This document shows, piece after piece, positions 1 through 12,150 of a stretch of 42,092 nt of DNA. Numbering within the stretch: the stretch's first letter is position 1; every line of letters begins with the position of its first letter. This DNA is from Octopus bimaculoides (taxonomy: Eukaryota): positions 107,870,702 through 107,912,793 of the forward strand of contig NC_068986.1 in assembly GCF_001194135.2 (NCBI RefSeq), in the 5' to 3' direction. The position numbers were made by a program, and so were the translations under genes. The notes beneath the pieces were generated by a model. The model had not been told where the DNA came from. It did not search any database and saw nothing but the letters and a program-made list of their open reading frames with translations.

Positions 1-12
1 ATAATAATAATG

Positions 13-43
<31 letters not shown>

Positions 44-117
44 TGATGATAGTAATAATAATGATGATGATAGTAATAATAATGATGATGATAATAATAA
101 TAATAATAATAATAATC
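1..117. repeat. (ATA)n/(ATG)n microsatellite, probably the 3' tail of the adjacent minus-strand SINE
   Basis: Direct trinucleotide repeat abutting the SINE 3' end at 118. Confidence 0.9.
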
Positions 118-224
118 CTTTCTACTTATAGGCACAAGGCCTGTAATTTGGGGGAGGGGACCAGTCAATTACATCGACTCCAGTACGCAACTGTTACTTA
201 ATTTATCGACCCCGAAAGGACGAA
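118..224 (-). mobile_element. 5'-truncated SINE, family 2 (variant 3' tail)
   Basis: Reverse complement contains CCTTTCGGGGTCGATAAATTAAGTAACAGTT, matching the central block of the full copy at 4044-4274; ends in an (ATT)n tail. Confidence 0.75.
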
Positions 225-330
225 AAGTACCAGTTATGCACTGGGGTCGATATAATCGACTTAATCCGTTTGTCTGTCCTTGTTTGTCCCCTCTGTGTGT
301 AGCCCCTTGTGGGCAATAAAGAAATAAGAA
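225..330 (+). mobile_element. 3' half of SINE family 2
   Basis: Near-identical to about 4172-4274 (AAGTACCAGTT...GCCCCTTGTGGGCAATAAAGAAATA). Confidence 0.85.
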
Positions 331-480
331 TTATGTACAAAAGTCAGGAAAGTGAAGTGTATGAGTCATGATATACAGGGTGATCCAAAAGTCACCCTAC
401 ATAGGAACAATTGATCTTTTTTATAAGAAACAGTTTATAAGAACAGTTTCTCTTTTTATTGTTTTTGTTGCTTCTGCTAA

Positions 481-481
<1 letters not shown>

Positions 482-511
<30 letters not shown>
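482..511. repeat. (TG)n microsatellite
   Basis: Direct. Confidence 0.95.
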
Positions 512-512
<1 letters not shown>

Positions 513-786
513 CTTTGTATCTGTTTGTTCCCCACTACCGCTTGACAACCAGTGTTGGTGTATTCACGTTCCTGTAACTTAGCGGTTTGGCAAAAGAAAC
601 TGATAGTATAAGTACAAAACTTAACAAAAAAAATAATAAGTAGTGGAGCCAGTTGATCTGACTAAAAATTCTTCAAGGCGGTGAATTATAAGCCATAATT
701 TATTTTACTTTTCTCTACCTTATGATTCCACCCATTATTCAACATACACGCTATTCCTATATTCCTGCATTATATTAACCTTATGT

Positions 787-1160
787 GGAGGCGCAATGGC
801 CCATGGTTAGGGCAGTGGACTCGCGGTCATAGGATCGCGGTTTCGATTCCCAGACCGGGTGTTGTGAGTGTTTATTGAGCGAAAACACCTAAAGCTCCAC
901 GAGGCTCCGGCAGGGGATGGTGGCGAACCCTGCTGTACTCTTCCACCACAACTTTCTTCCTGTTTCTGTTGTGCCTGTAATTCAAAGGGTCAGCCTTGTC
1001 ACACTGTGTCACGCTGAATATCCCAGAGAACTACGTTAAGGGTACACGTGTCTGTGGTGGAGTGCTCAGCTACTTGCACGTTAATTTCACGAGTTGGCTG
1101 TTCCGTTGATCGGATCAACTGGAACCCTCGACGTCGTAAGCGACGGAGTGCCAACAACAA
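787..1160 (+). mobile_element. tRNA-derived SINE, family 1, full length
   Basis: A box TGGCCCATGG and B box GTTTCGATTCC; CORE-like GTGTTTATTGAGCGAAAACACCTAA; (CAA)n tail; four copies in the window. Confidence 0.9.
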
Positions 1161-1552
1161 TATTAACCTTATAATATTTTCGTTAATACCTCTAATACGT
1201 CAAGATAAAGACTTTTTTAAATACCTTTGAAATATCGTGTCAGCGTCCTAACGAGATACGTAAGACATCCTTCCAAGATGCGTTCGTAATAAATAACGTT
1301 TTAGTTATAAAATGAAAGTTTTTCGTAAGTCATTTGACGTTTGGTTAACCTTGAAACCGCTTTTGTTCAATTTTTTTTGAAACACATGACACAGAATGCA
1401 TGTCTACTAATAATATAATTTGGCAACAGATTCGATCTCGTTAACGTAATCTTTAGGAACGAAACATTTCATTACTTTAAAGCATACAGTTAACACTAAC
1501 TAAAACTGTAGATATTGAATAAAATCGGGATAAACCATTATTATTACTAATG

Positions 1553-1578
1553 AATATATATATATATATATATAGGTA

Positions 1579-1611
<33 letters not shown>
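1553..1611. repeat. (TA)n microsatellites
   Basis: Direct. Confidence 0.95.
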
Positions 1612-1617
<6 letters not shown>

Positions 1618-2326
1618 TAAATGGGCGGAAATCGAACCAGTGAGTGTGTTAGATAACAAGGCATTAAGACAATATGACTCTTCCCAAACACAACATGAAT
1701 TACTAATGAAATTTTACCTAAAGAACGCATGATTTCCGCGGGTCCAAAACACATCAAAGACCCGAGGGAACACAAATTTTACTGTTAAAGGAAAATGGGT
1801 GACACTTCTTTTAACTCATTAATAAAATGATTTTCCCACATGGGTTCGCTAAATTTTTACTAATACACCCATTTACAAGTTTAATAAAAATTAATCATTA
1901 AAATATATTATTTAACATCCTCCACTGGAATTGCACCGCTCTGAAAACTTATCTTTTTTTTTTCTCGCACTCTACCTAACTTGAAATTATTCAAATAAAA
2001 CATAAACCACCCAAATATTATAGGCTCTTCTCTTCTTCTGAACCAGCATAATTGTTTTTCATTACTATTCCACTAATTGCTATAGTCACCATCCAGCCAT
2101 CCGTCCATTTCCTCTACCCACTATTCCTTGGAGTGTGGAGTAGAGTCCTCAAGCACCTCCTGTGTATAGTCTTATTAGAAGCAGTAACCATTACACTTTC
2201 CGACTCGATTTCCAAGCATGACCTACGAAGGCTGTGGATATTATCCAGCCATCTTGTTCTTAGTCCACCCCTCTAATAATATGAGTTTCAAATTCTAACA
2301 TAAAGTCAGAGTCCCTCTTATAATGT

Positions 2327-2636
2327 GTTGGCACTCCGTCGCTTACGACGTCGAGGGTTCCAGTTGATCCGATCAACGGAACAGCCTGCTGGTGAAATTA
2401 ACGTGCAAGTGGCTGAGCACCCCACAGACACGTGTACCCTTAACGTAGTTCTCTGGGATATTCAGCGTGACACAGTGTGACAAGGTTGACCCTTTAAAAT
2501 ACAGGTACAACAGACACAGGAAGTAAGAGTGAGAGAAGGTTGTGGTGGAAGAGTACAGCAGGGTTCGCCACCATCCCCTGCCGGAGCCTTGTGGAGCTTT
2601 AGGTGTTTTCGCTCAATAAACACTCACAACGCCCGG
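2327..2636 (-). mobile_element. SINE family 1, runs into assembly gap
   Basis: Reverse complement of about 856-1155. Confidence 0.9.
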
Positions 2637-3342
2637 NNNNNNNNNNNNNNNNNNNNNNNNNNNNNNNNNNNNNNNNNNNNNNNNNNNNNNNNNNNNNNNN
2701 NNNNNNNNNNNNNNNNNNNNNNNNNNNNNNNNNNNNNNNNNNNNNNNNNNNNNNNNNNNNNNNNNNNNNNNNNNNNNNNNNNNNNNNNNNNNNNNNNNNN
2801 NNNNNNNNNNNNNNNNNNNNNNNNNNNNNNNNNNNNNNNNNNNNNNNNNNNNNNNNNNNNNNNNNNNNNNNNNNNNNNNNNNNNNNNNNNNNNNNNNNNN
2901 NNNNNNNNNNNNNNNNNNNNNNNNNNNNNNNNNNNNNNNNNNNNNNNNNNNNNNNNNNNNNNNNNNNNNNNNNNNNNNNNNNNNNNNNNNNNNNNNNNNN
3001 NNNNNNNNNNNNNNNNNNNNNNNNNNNNNNNNNNNNNNNNNNNNNNNNNNNNNNNNNNNNNNNNNNNNNNNNNNNNNNNNNNNNNNNNNNNNNNNNNNNN
3101 NNNNNNNNNNNNNNNNNNNNNNNNNNNNNNNNNNNNNNNNNNNNNNNNNNNNNNNNNNNNNNNNNNNNNNNNNNNNNNNNNNNNNNNNNNNNNNNNNNNN
3201 NNNNNNNNNNNNNNNNNNNNNNNNNNNNNNNNNNNNNNNNNNNNNNNNNNNNNNNNNNNNNNNNNNNNNNNNNNNNNNNNNNNNNNNNNNNNNNNNNTCG
3301 TTTATTTACTTATTCTCGCATCTTTTTTCTTAGAGTGTTTGA

Positions 3343-3606
3343 CTGAGAGAGAGACAGACAGAGACAGACAGACAGACAGACAGAGAGAGGCGTTACGCTA
3401 TCATTCTTTCTCTCAATCAATCACTTTCTCAAAAAAGATGCGAGGAAAAATAAATTTTAAAAATGCACGCTGTCACTCTCTCTCTCTCTCTCTCCCTCCC
3501 TCCCTCACACACACACACACCTTTTCTCTCTCTCTCTCTCTCTCTTTCACATACACACACAACACACACTTTCTATCTCACACCCCACCATCAACATATA
3601 CACACG
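3343..3606. repeat. Compound (GA)/(GACA)/(CT)/(CA) microsatellites
   Basis: Direct. Confidence 0.9.
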
Positions 3607-4043
3607 CTTCCCTGTCATTTCGTCTCTCTTTCACTTTATTCTGAAATCAAACGAAATATACATTTCCAGTTCAAAAAAAAAAACAAATAAAAATTTCTTA
3701 CGGAATTTACCGAACGCCGTACCTTAACAGCTGATTGACCACTGACAACTCTGTGACTCAAAACAAAGGATAGCTCGTATTCTTTACCTCCGCCACATAA
3801 TCAGTATGTACGGAGTTTACACAGATGTAGAACGTGATCTAATGCCTGTGGTACCCAACACCTATGTGGAATTGTGATGAATTCTGGAGAAGCTCTGCTT
3901 TTGTTTTCTGGGGTTTTTTTTCTTTTTCTTTTTTCATAAACTTTAAATTAACAAAGCGTTTGTTAATTATACGATCCCTTTGCTGTGTATAGTAATGTAC
4001 TTTGGTTAATCATGTTTAATTTACTAAGACGATTAACAATAAA

Positions 4044-4274
4044 GCGGCGAGCTGGCAGAAACGTTAGCACGCCGGGCGAAATACTTAGCGGTATTTCGTC
4101 TGCCGTTACGTCCTGAGTTCAAATTCCGCCGAGGTCGACTTTGCCTTTCATCCTTTCGGGGTCGATAAACTAAGTACCAGTTACGCACTGGGGTCGATTT
4201 AATCGACTTAATCCCTTTGTCTGTCCTTGTTTGTCCCCTCTATGTTTAGCCCCTTGTGGGCAATAAGGAAATAG
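4044..4274 (+). mobile_element. tRNA-derived SINE, family 2, full length
   Basis: Head GCGGCGAGCTGGCAGAA, B box GAGTTCAAATTCC; second copy at 34858-35075. Confidence 0.88.
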
Positions 4275-5203
4275 ATTAACAATTCTTTCATTATAGCTGT
4301 AGTCGTTCAGAGAGTTGAAAGCAAATCCGTTTAACGTAAAATATCTCAGAGACGGTGCGTGTGAGTAGAATGCCTTGTCTAAGTTGTTTGTCTTGACTGT
4401 GATCGGGACAAAAGAGATTCTCAAGAGAAAAGGAAATTTACCTGTGAGAGTGGGGAGCAAAAAGGTAAAAATTTAAATCTTGGGGACAAAAATCCTTTCA
4501 CAGAACAACCATCCAATCCCTTGAGAACTAATAGCTATTCTGAAAGTCCGCTGCTCAGAGTTTGTAGACAGGTGTAATGGTAAAATAAATTAACTTAAGA
4601 AATTATCACAGTGGCTGTGTTTATGAGTGGAATCACTTGTCTTGGTGATCAGTCTTCATAACTATGATATACTTGAGAGATGGACAAAAGAGGTTTGAGA
4701 GAGAGAGACAGACAGACAGACAGATACACAGAGAACTTTATTATTACAAGTTGAAAACGAAGAGCTTTTTGATCAGCGGTGTTACGTATGGTTTAGTAGA
4801 AAATAATTGACAAAAGTAAAGGTGAAAGAAAAGAATTATGATAGACCAAAGTTACAACAAAGTTCACAATACATATAAATATACCTGCTGTTCTTCAGCT
4901 ACACTCCCATGTAAAACCCCGGACAAAATAGAAATTTTTCATCGAAATTCCTCCAGCGAAGTTACAAATATTTTGATTATTCAAAATCGACGAGTCGCCA
5001 TCCGAGCGTTCCGAAATGAATTACAACTTCCCGCCAATTAGTGGACGTTATCGTTCACGTTTTCGTGATATGAAATTATGTATAACTTAATTGTTTAATA
5101 ATAAGAGTAGAAATTAATATTATAAAATAATATCATTAAATGATATCAATTTTAACTAGTGGTCAGCATATTTAGAAATGTCCGAGGACTGTGAATTCTA
5201 TTT

Positions 5204-5410
5204 AAATATAAACAATATGAGAGACCACGAAGTGGATCCCTTGTGTGCTAAAAATAGACGTCAAACCGTCTTACCACTAAATCTGCCTCTAGCTCGTAAA
5301 CATCTAGCGCTTTACTAAGTTGAGAACAAAGATTTAGTGGTAAGACGGTTTGACGTCTATTTCTAGCATCCAAGAGATCCACATAGTGATCTCTCATATT
5401 GTTTATATTT
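5204..5410. mobile_element. Hairpin MITE-like element: 81-bp inverted arms, 45-nt loop
   Basis: 5204-5284 is the reverse complement of 5330-5410 with a few mismatches; central run TAGACGTCAAACCGTCTTACCACTAAATCT is perfect. Confidence 0.8.
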
Positions 5411-5446
5411 CGTAGTTAAATTCTGAGGTAAATCCTTAATCTTTGT

Positions 5447-5572
5447 GTCTTCTACTATAGCCTCGGGCCGACCGAAGCCTTGTGAAAGAAGCCCGTCGTA
5501 TATATGTGTGTTTGNNNNNNNNNNCACAGTCAAATGACTGAAACAAGTAAAAGAGTAAAAGAGAGTAAAAGA
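5447..5572 (+). mobile_element. Short SINE-like fragment with (GTAAAAGA)n tail
   Basis: CTACTATAGCCTCGGGCCGACC...GAAAGAAGCCCGTCGTATA and a tandem tail; interrupted by a 10-bp gap. Confidence 0.45.
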
Positions 5573-5599
5573 TACCTACGTCAATGTTCACCTCAACTC

Positions 5600-6818
5600 G
5601 ACTTTGTTTCCTCATAACTTTCAGAAAAATGGATATTTTTTTAATGAAAGTATCGGATCTTTTTTAAAACGGGGGCCACATTTTTCATTAACGAAACACT
5701 TTGAAACTTGGAACACTGGTAGAATGTGTCATATAAAACATCTTTTTCTCTTAGTCTTCTTTAAAAAAAAAGAAATCCATAAGTTATTCCATGTGAAAGT
5801 TGTCGTATTTCTGTAATTTCAACCAATCACTGACGTCCATTCAGCCGATATACATTAAGTGCCGACTACATAAACAAACGATTCTGAAACAATTAACCCT
5901 AACTCTAGGGTTAGGGTTAGGGTTAAAGCAAATTTAAAATGAAAAAAGCAAATAAAACGAAGGTATGGAGATTAAATACGCTTTACATCGCTTAATCACC
6001 CAAAGGAGTAAATATAAACAACTGAATACTTGTCAGTGATTGGTTGAAATTATCGAAATAAGACAATTTTTTACATGAAATAAATTCGAATACAAAAATA
6101 TTTTTCTGTTCTATAACACAAAATAGATAAGTATACGAAGTTTGAAAGTCTTTCGGTACCAAAAACACTACGTAAAACATTAATGAAAAATGTGGCCCCC
6201 ATTTTAAAATAGATCCAAAGTATCTACAAATAAGCTTCAAATGGTATACATTCCGATTCTATAGGAGTGTGTGGTGAAAAAGTTTTTTTACGAAGGTGAG
6301 AAGAGTTTCGGAAAATTCACTTGATTCAGTTTTGTTTTCTCGTAATTTTCAGAAAAATGGGTAATTCTTTATGAAATTTTCTACAAATACTTTTCAGTGT
6401 GTTTAGATTACGATTATATCGGAATTTATTATGAAAAAAACAACAGGAAAAAATGGTGGACTTGCACACATCACATATATCTGTAAAACGAATTTCGAAA
6501 AAAATGTGATGTGTGTCAGTATGTATGCGTACGAGTTCACCATTTTTCGTTTTCCATATTAAATCTCGATGTAATTGTAAACTACACTCTATGAAAGGTA
6601 TTTGTAAAAAAAAATTCAGTAAAAAATACCCATTTTCCTGAAAGTTACGTGAAAACAAAACCGACTCGTGCAAATCTTCGAAAATTCCTCACTTCTATCT
6701 TCAGAATAAATTCACCACAAATTCTGATATAAACGTAATTTAAACCATCTGAAGCATATTTGTAGAAAATTTCTTTTAAAAATATTTATTTTTCTGAAAG
6801 CTGTGAGGAAACAAAGTC
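5600..6818. mobile_element. Foldback (palindromic) element hosting the MITE below
   Basis: Left end GACTTTGTTTCCTCATAACTTTCAGAAAAAT is mirrored at 6790-6818; internal symmetry centre near 6465-6515 (CACACATCACAT ... ATGTGATGTGTG). Confidence 0.7.
5655..6216. mobile_element. Non-autonomous DNA transposon (MITE), Merlin-like
   Basis: 37-bp TIRs starting GGATCT with 2 mismatches; 8-bp TSD AAAGTATC at 5647-5654 and 6217-6224; internal TTAGGG/CCCTAA repeats. GG-start TIRs with 8-9 bp TSD fit Merlin; hAT or P not excluded. Confidence 0.8.
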
Positions 6819-7423
6819 AGGTGGGCACACTTGTGTAGATGCGCCAAATATTATACATTTAAACACCTTTCGGGACTATATCTCTGCATCAAGCCTCTCT
6901 CTCTCTCTCTTTCTTTATTTCTCTTTCTCTCGCCCTTACTGTTACAACGACACCGACATTTCATGCTCCCCTGAACTAACCCACCATTTCTCGTCTTCTT
7001 AGAATCACACTTTGAATTATTTACATCTTCATCTCTTCTCATCATCTTTAATGCGTTCCAAAACGAATATTGTCATCCCTAAACTGCTTCGTTCTGGAAA
7101 TCCATCTCCATGCACAAAATTTCCCAGCCAACAGAAAATCAATTTACGCATAAATTACAGCCACCTCATCATCCTGGGGAAAGTCACCGAAAGCTTTGGA
7201 CGTCAATCTCTTCCTTGCACAATTTAATAATTAAAAAATATTTTTAAAAAAGAGAGAAAAGAAGGAAAACAAAGAGAAACAAAAGAAAAGGTGGGGGTTG
7301 GTTGGTCTTTATCGGTTCTCTTGAACTGAAGAAAAGATAAATACCAAGAATAAACAAAGGATCCGGACGTTTAATTGGTTTACTATGTCATATGTAAATA
7401 TAAAGTATATTATTATTATTGGT

Positions 7424-7539
7424 GGTAATCTTCCAGTTTCGAGGGGTAAAAGAAATATTCAAGGGAAATAACTTCAGTCTTATATGTATAGAAATATATA
7501 TCGTCCTATTAAGTTGCCCCTCGAAACTGGAAGATTACC
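7424..7539. repeat. 26-bp inverted repeat with 64-nt spacer
   Basis: GGTAATCTTCCAGTTTCGAGGGGTAA versus TTGCCCCTCGAAACTGGAAGATTACC, 25/26 match. Confidence 0.8.
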
Positions 7540-8450
7540 TATATATACATACATATACAAGCATATACATATATATATATATATATATCCACATATACAC
7601 ACAAATCCATACACAATATGAAAATTGTGTCCCATGTGGAGGGACAACGGTTTGAACGCAAAGACGGGACATATAGTATATATATATATATATATATATA
7701 TGAAAGAAGGTTTGAAAATGCACTTATTTTTAAAAAAATATTTATTTACTTAACCGGTTTCACTTTTTTAGAAAAAGATTATCAAAAGTCTTTGAGAATA
7801 ATAAAAAATGTTAAAAAACAGTCTGAGTATTAAAATGCATATATACATTCTTTGATGATAAAATATATTTAAAGTATAAAGCTTTGTATNNNNNNNNNNN
7901 NNNNNNNNNNNNNNNNNNNNNNNNNNNNNNNNNNNNNNNNNNNNNNNNNNNNNNNNNNNNNNNNNNNNNNNNNNNNNNNNNNNNNNNNNNNNNNNNNNNN
8001 NNNNNNNNNNNNNNNNNNNNNNNNNNNNNNNNNNNNNNNNNNNNNNNNNNNNNNNNNNNNNNNNNNNNNNNNNNNNNNNNNNNNNNNNNNNNNNNNNNNN
8101 NNNNNNNNNNNNNNNNNNNNNNNNNNNNNNGTAGTGTTACATACTGATTGTCATATTAAGGTGAAATTGTTAAAAACAGTGTTAAAAACAGTGTATGAAA
8201 ATACACATATGGAAAAATACATATACATATACATATTCTCATACATATTCTTTGACAATCGAATAAAATTGAGAAGGAATATATATATGTTGCACCTTGT
8301 TTACCATTTTGTCCATGTTCTTTAGCCACGTCATGTACCCAGTTATGTATNNNNNNNNNNNNNNNNNNNNNNNNNNNNNNNNNNNNNNNNNNNNNNNNNN
8401 NNNNNNNNNNNNNNNNNNNNNNNNNNNNNNNNNNNNNNNNNNNNNNNNNN

Positions 8451-8773
8451 TCTTATCTATACTCTGTATCTCTTGCATTCACATACATATATTTGTACAC
8501 GTAGACCACTTTGTTTACATGACGGCCTGTCTTATATTGTGTTTTATTATGTCGCGTTCACACACACAGAGACATACAGTTTAATGCTCTAATGAATCTT
8601 ACTGTTATTCATCTTTACCGGTTGCGTTTCTATCTGTTCCTTACTGGCACTTCTTAGTTCTCTATGTTATAGTATTATAACATATATATTTTTGTGTCGA
8701 CTGTGCGACGCGTTTAAAAGGAGCCTGTCTCCATTCGTCACCATTCTCCTTTGGTTCGCACGGTCGTTCTACA
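8451..8773 (+). mobile_element. 3' part of a solo LTR (same family as 14535-15526), 5' part in gap
   Basis: Collinear with about 15190-15526; ends TTGGTTCGCACGGTCGTTCTACA. Confidence 0.85.
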
Positions 8774-9999
8774 AACATTTTGAGCCTACACTTTTCCACA
8801 GAAAGAAAAAAAAATGTATGGTGAATTNNNNNNNNNNNNNNNNNNNNNNNNNNNNNNNNNNNNNNNNNNNNNNNNNNNNNNNNNNNNNNNNNNNNNNNNN
8901 NNNNNNNNNNNNNNNNNNNNNNNNNNNNNNNNNNNNNNNNNNNNNNNNNNNNNNNNNNNNNNNNNNNNNNNNNNNNNNNNNNNNNNNNNNNNNNNNNNNN
9001 NNNNNNNNNNNNNNNNNNNNNNNNNNNNNNNNNNNNNNNNNNNNNNNNNNNNNNNNNNNNNNNNNNNNNNNNNNNNNNNNNNNNNNNNNNNNNNNNNNNN
9101 NNNNNNNNNNNNNNNNNNNNNNNNNNNNNNNNNNNNNNNNNNNNNNNNNNNNNNNNNNNNNNNNNNNNNNNNNNNNNNNNNNNNNNNNNNNNNNNNNNNN
9201 NNNNNNNNNNNNNNNNNNNNNNNNNNNNNNNNNNNNNNNNNNNNNNNNNNNNNNNNNNNNNNNNNNNNNNNNNNNNNNNNNNNNNNNNNNNNNNNNNNNN
9301 NNNNNNNNNNNNNNNNNNNNNNNNNNNNNNNNNNNNNNNNNNNNNNNNNAAAAGATATATCATTTAAAAGATGCTTACCTGATGAAGTGGATGCAGAGGA
9401 ACCCATTGTGCAATGAACGAATTACAGACAAAATTCAAAATATAACAAGTTTCGTGGTGAAAGCTTTAGCTTTCTTAGAAAAGCATTATCAATTTATTTA
9501 TTTATGATTCATTTTAATCATAAACTCTGATAAAATATATGCGTGAAATGAGTAGGTCTTCTGAGAAAGACAGAGTGACCTGATAAAAGAAAGATTGCAT
9601 TCCAGGCATGGTAGGTGGCAGCAGTGGTGGTGCCCTTTCAAATTTCAAGTTATGCAGGATATTCTTTTATTCTTTTATATGTTTCAGTCCAATTACTGTG
9701 GCCATGCTGAAGCACCGCCATACGTTTTATTTTTTTTAAGTGTGTACCTGGCAAATAGGTATGGGTCCCACTTTTCTGAACCACCAATAGAAGCAGAACC
9801 AACCCTTTATAAAATCTGGTTATAATCATACCATTTTTATTTTCACCGCAGATGTATCCAATATATCTGTAGTGGCAATTTGAAACTAGATTACTTGATA
9901 TGTGATCAGACATCATGACTGAATCATTAAAGCTTCATGTGATTGATCTATTAAGGTATCAATCAGCATCAATCCATGGTGTGATTTAATCTTCTAGAT

Positions 10000-10500
10000 C
10001 AGAGGTTCTCAACATAGATGGTATGCTCCTCCTCCTCCAGGGGGAACTGGGCATGTCAAAGGGGACATTAGGGGGCAGTGAAGTAATATAATTAACATAC
10101 TAAATTTTACCAATAATTAGTCATTACAGCACAAACTTGTCGCCTCGTGGTGTATAAAAGGATATGTTTTTCAAGCTCTAATTATATTCAAGCTAGTAAT
10201 TATATTATACATGATAAACCTAGCGATGGTAATTAAAATAAAAAGAGATCTCATGAGGCACAGGGAAGACATTAACTTGCAATATTTAAAATAAATTTAC
10301 AAATTTTGTCTTAATTAATTTCTTAATAATTTCATTGTTAAAAGCTTATACAATCCATTTTTAGAGTAAGATTTATAAACTATCGACCATGTTAAGTGAG
10401 TTTAGTCATGATGTCTTACTTGCCACTTCGGTGGGCACTAGGCATAATAACTACTTAAAATAGGGGTGCTAGAAAAAAAAGCACTGTTGTTGAGTATTCT
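10000..10500. mobile_element. Degenerate hAT-type non-autonomous element (right end uncertain)
   Basis: Begins CAGAGGTTCTCAAC (Charlie/Ac-like TIR) after TTCTAGAT, a typical hAT target; no clean right TIR. Confidence 0.4.
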
Positions 10501-10794
10501 TCTTGTACTCTGTAAAAGACTGCTTTTAGCACCTAAACACTTTGCAGAATGTTGAAGGCAGGTGAGCGATATATGTCTCAACCAACACAGATGACCAAGA
10601 GCCTCTAGCGCCACAAAAATATCACAGTTCATTTCAGATATGTTGAGCTAGCCACATGTTGTCGTACCAATAGCTTTCTGTAATCTCAGGGCAGTACCTC
10701 TCACCCAGACTGTAATTATTGCTGTGTTGTTAACAGTAAATGGCCAACGCAGATTGTCTTCCTGTGCAACAATAAACACATCTGTGAAATGTTT

Positions 10795-11524
10795 CATCAT
10801 CATCATCATCATCGTCATCGTTTAACGTCCGCTTTCCATGCTAGCATGGGTTGGACGATTTGACTGAGGACTGGTGAATCGGATGGCTGCACCAGGCTCC
10901 AATCTGATTTGGCAGTTTCCACAGCTGGATGCCCTTCGTAACACCAACGACTCCGGGAGTGTAGTGGGTGCTTTTACGTGCCACCGGCACGAGGGCCGGT
11001 CAGGCGGTACTGGCAATGGCCACGCTCAAAATGGTGTTTTCTACGTGTCACCTGCACAGGAGCCAGTCCAGCGGCACTGGCAACGACATCACCAGCACAA
11101 GTGCCAGTAAGGCGACGCTGGTAATGATCATGCTCAAATGGTGCTATTTTCGTGCCACTGGCATAGAAGCCAGTCAGCTGCTCTGGCAATGATTACGCTC
11201 GGACAGTGCTGTTAGTGCTCCACTGGTACAGGTGCCAGTCATCGAATATGGTTCAATTACGATTTCGATTTCGATTTCACTTGCCCCAACAGGTTTTCGC
11301 AAGCAGAGTTTAGTGTCCTATGAAGGAGAGGTTGGCATGGGTGCCAGTCGTCGAATTTGGTTCGATTTCGATTTCACTTGCCTCAACAGGTCTTCGCAAG
11401 CAGAGTTTAGTGTCCAATGAAGGAAAGATATGAATAAGTGAGCTGGCTACACCCCTGGCATAGGCTACGGATTATGGTCTCACTCGGCTTGCCAGGTCTT
11501 CTCACGCACGGCATATTTCCAAAG
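10795..11524 (-). mobile_element. RTE-type SINE / non-autonomous retroposon, family 3, with internal subrepeats
   Basis: Minus-strand 3' end CCCATGCTAGCATGGAAAGCGGACGTTAAAC followed by (GAT)n; GAAGGGCATCCAGCTG motif; about 109-bp tandem duplication at about 11232-11422. Confidence 0.75.
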
Positions 11525-11750
11525 GTTTGTGGGTGTTAATTCAGTTATCTTTTGATGCAGCTCAAGAAACATATTTTCATTTGCCAATTCGACCACAGCA
11601 CAGCAAACAACCAGCTACCATAGCAACATTGGCTCAACAACATGCCATGACATGTCCATCCTTTCTTTAAGTCAGTAGTTGGGATTTGAAGGTGGTTTGA
11701 CTGCTTTTTCTGCTTCTGTTGGCAGAAATTTGAGCTAACTTTTATAGAGT

Positions 11751-11960
11751 ATTGGCAACGGCCACGCTCGAAATGGTGTATTTTACATGCTATCTGCACA
11801 AAAGCCAGTCCAGTGGCACTGGCAATGACATCGCTTGAATGTCTTTTCACATGCTACTGGCACAAGTGCCAGGAAGGCGACGTTGGTAACGGTCACGCTC
11901 AAATGGTGCTATTTACGTGCCACCGGCACGAAGCCAGGCAGCTGGTGCTCTGGCAACGTG
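11751..11960 (-). mobile_element. Fragment of family 3 retroposon
   Basis: Similar to 11010-11170 (GGCAACGGCCACGCTCGAAATGGTG...). Confidence 0.7.
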
Positions 11961-11962
11961 CG

Positions 11963-12150
11963 TTATATATATATATATATATATAACACACGTATGCATA
12001 CAAACACACATACACATGTATATATACAACAGACATGTATGTATATATATATATATATATATATTTACATGTATTACATATATGTATACCTACATATACA
12101 TATATACATATGCATAACACACACACAAAAGCATATGTGTGTGTGTGTGT
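11963..12150. repeat. (TA)/(CA)/(TG) compound microsatellite
   Basis: Direct. Confidence 0.9.

Noticed and set aside
4985-5060. CpG-rich patch with TTCCCGCC (E2F-like) and CCAAT as a promoter
   Set aside because: Short motifs only, with no linked exon or paralogous conservation
5895-5925. TTAGGG repeats suggesting an interstitial telomere
   Set aside because: Internal part of the MITE, present in its other copies
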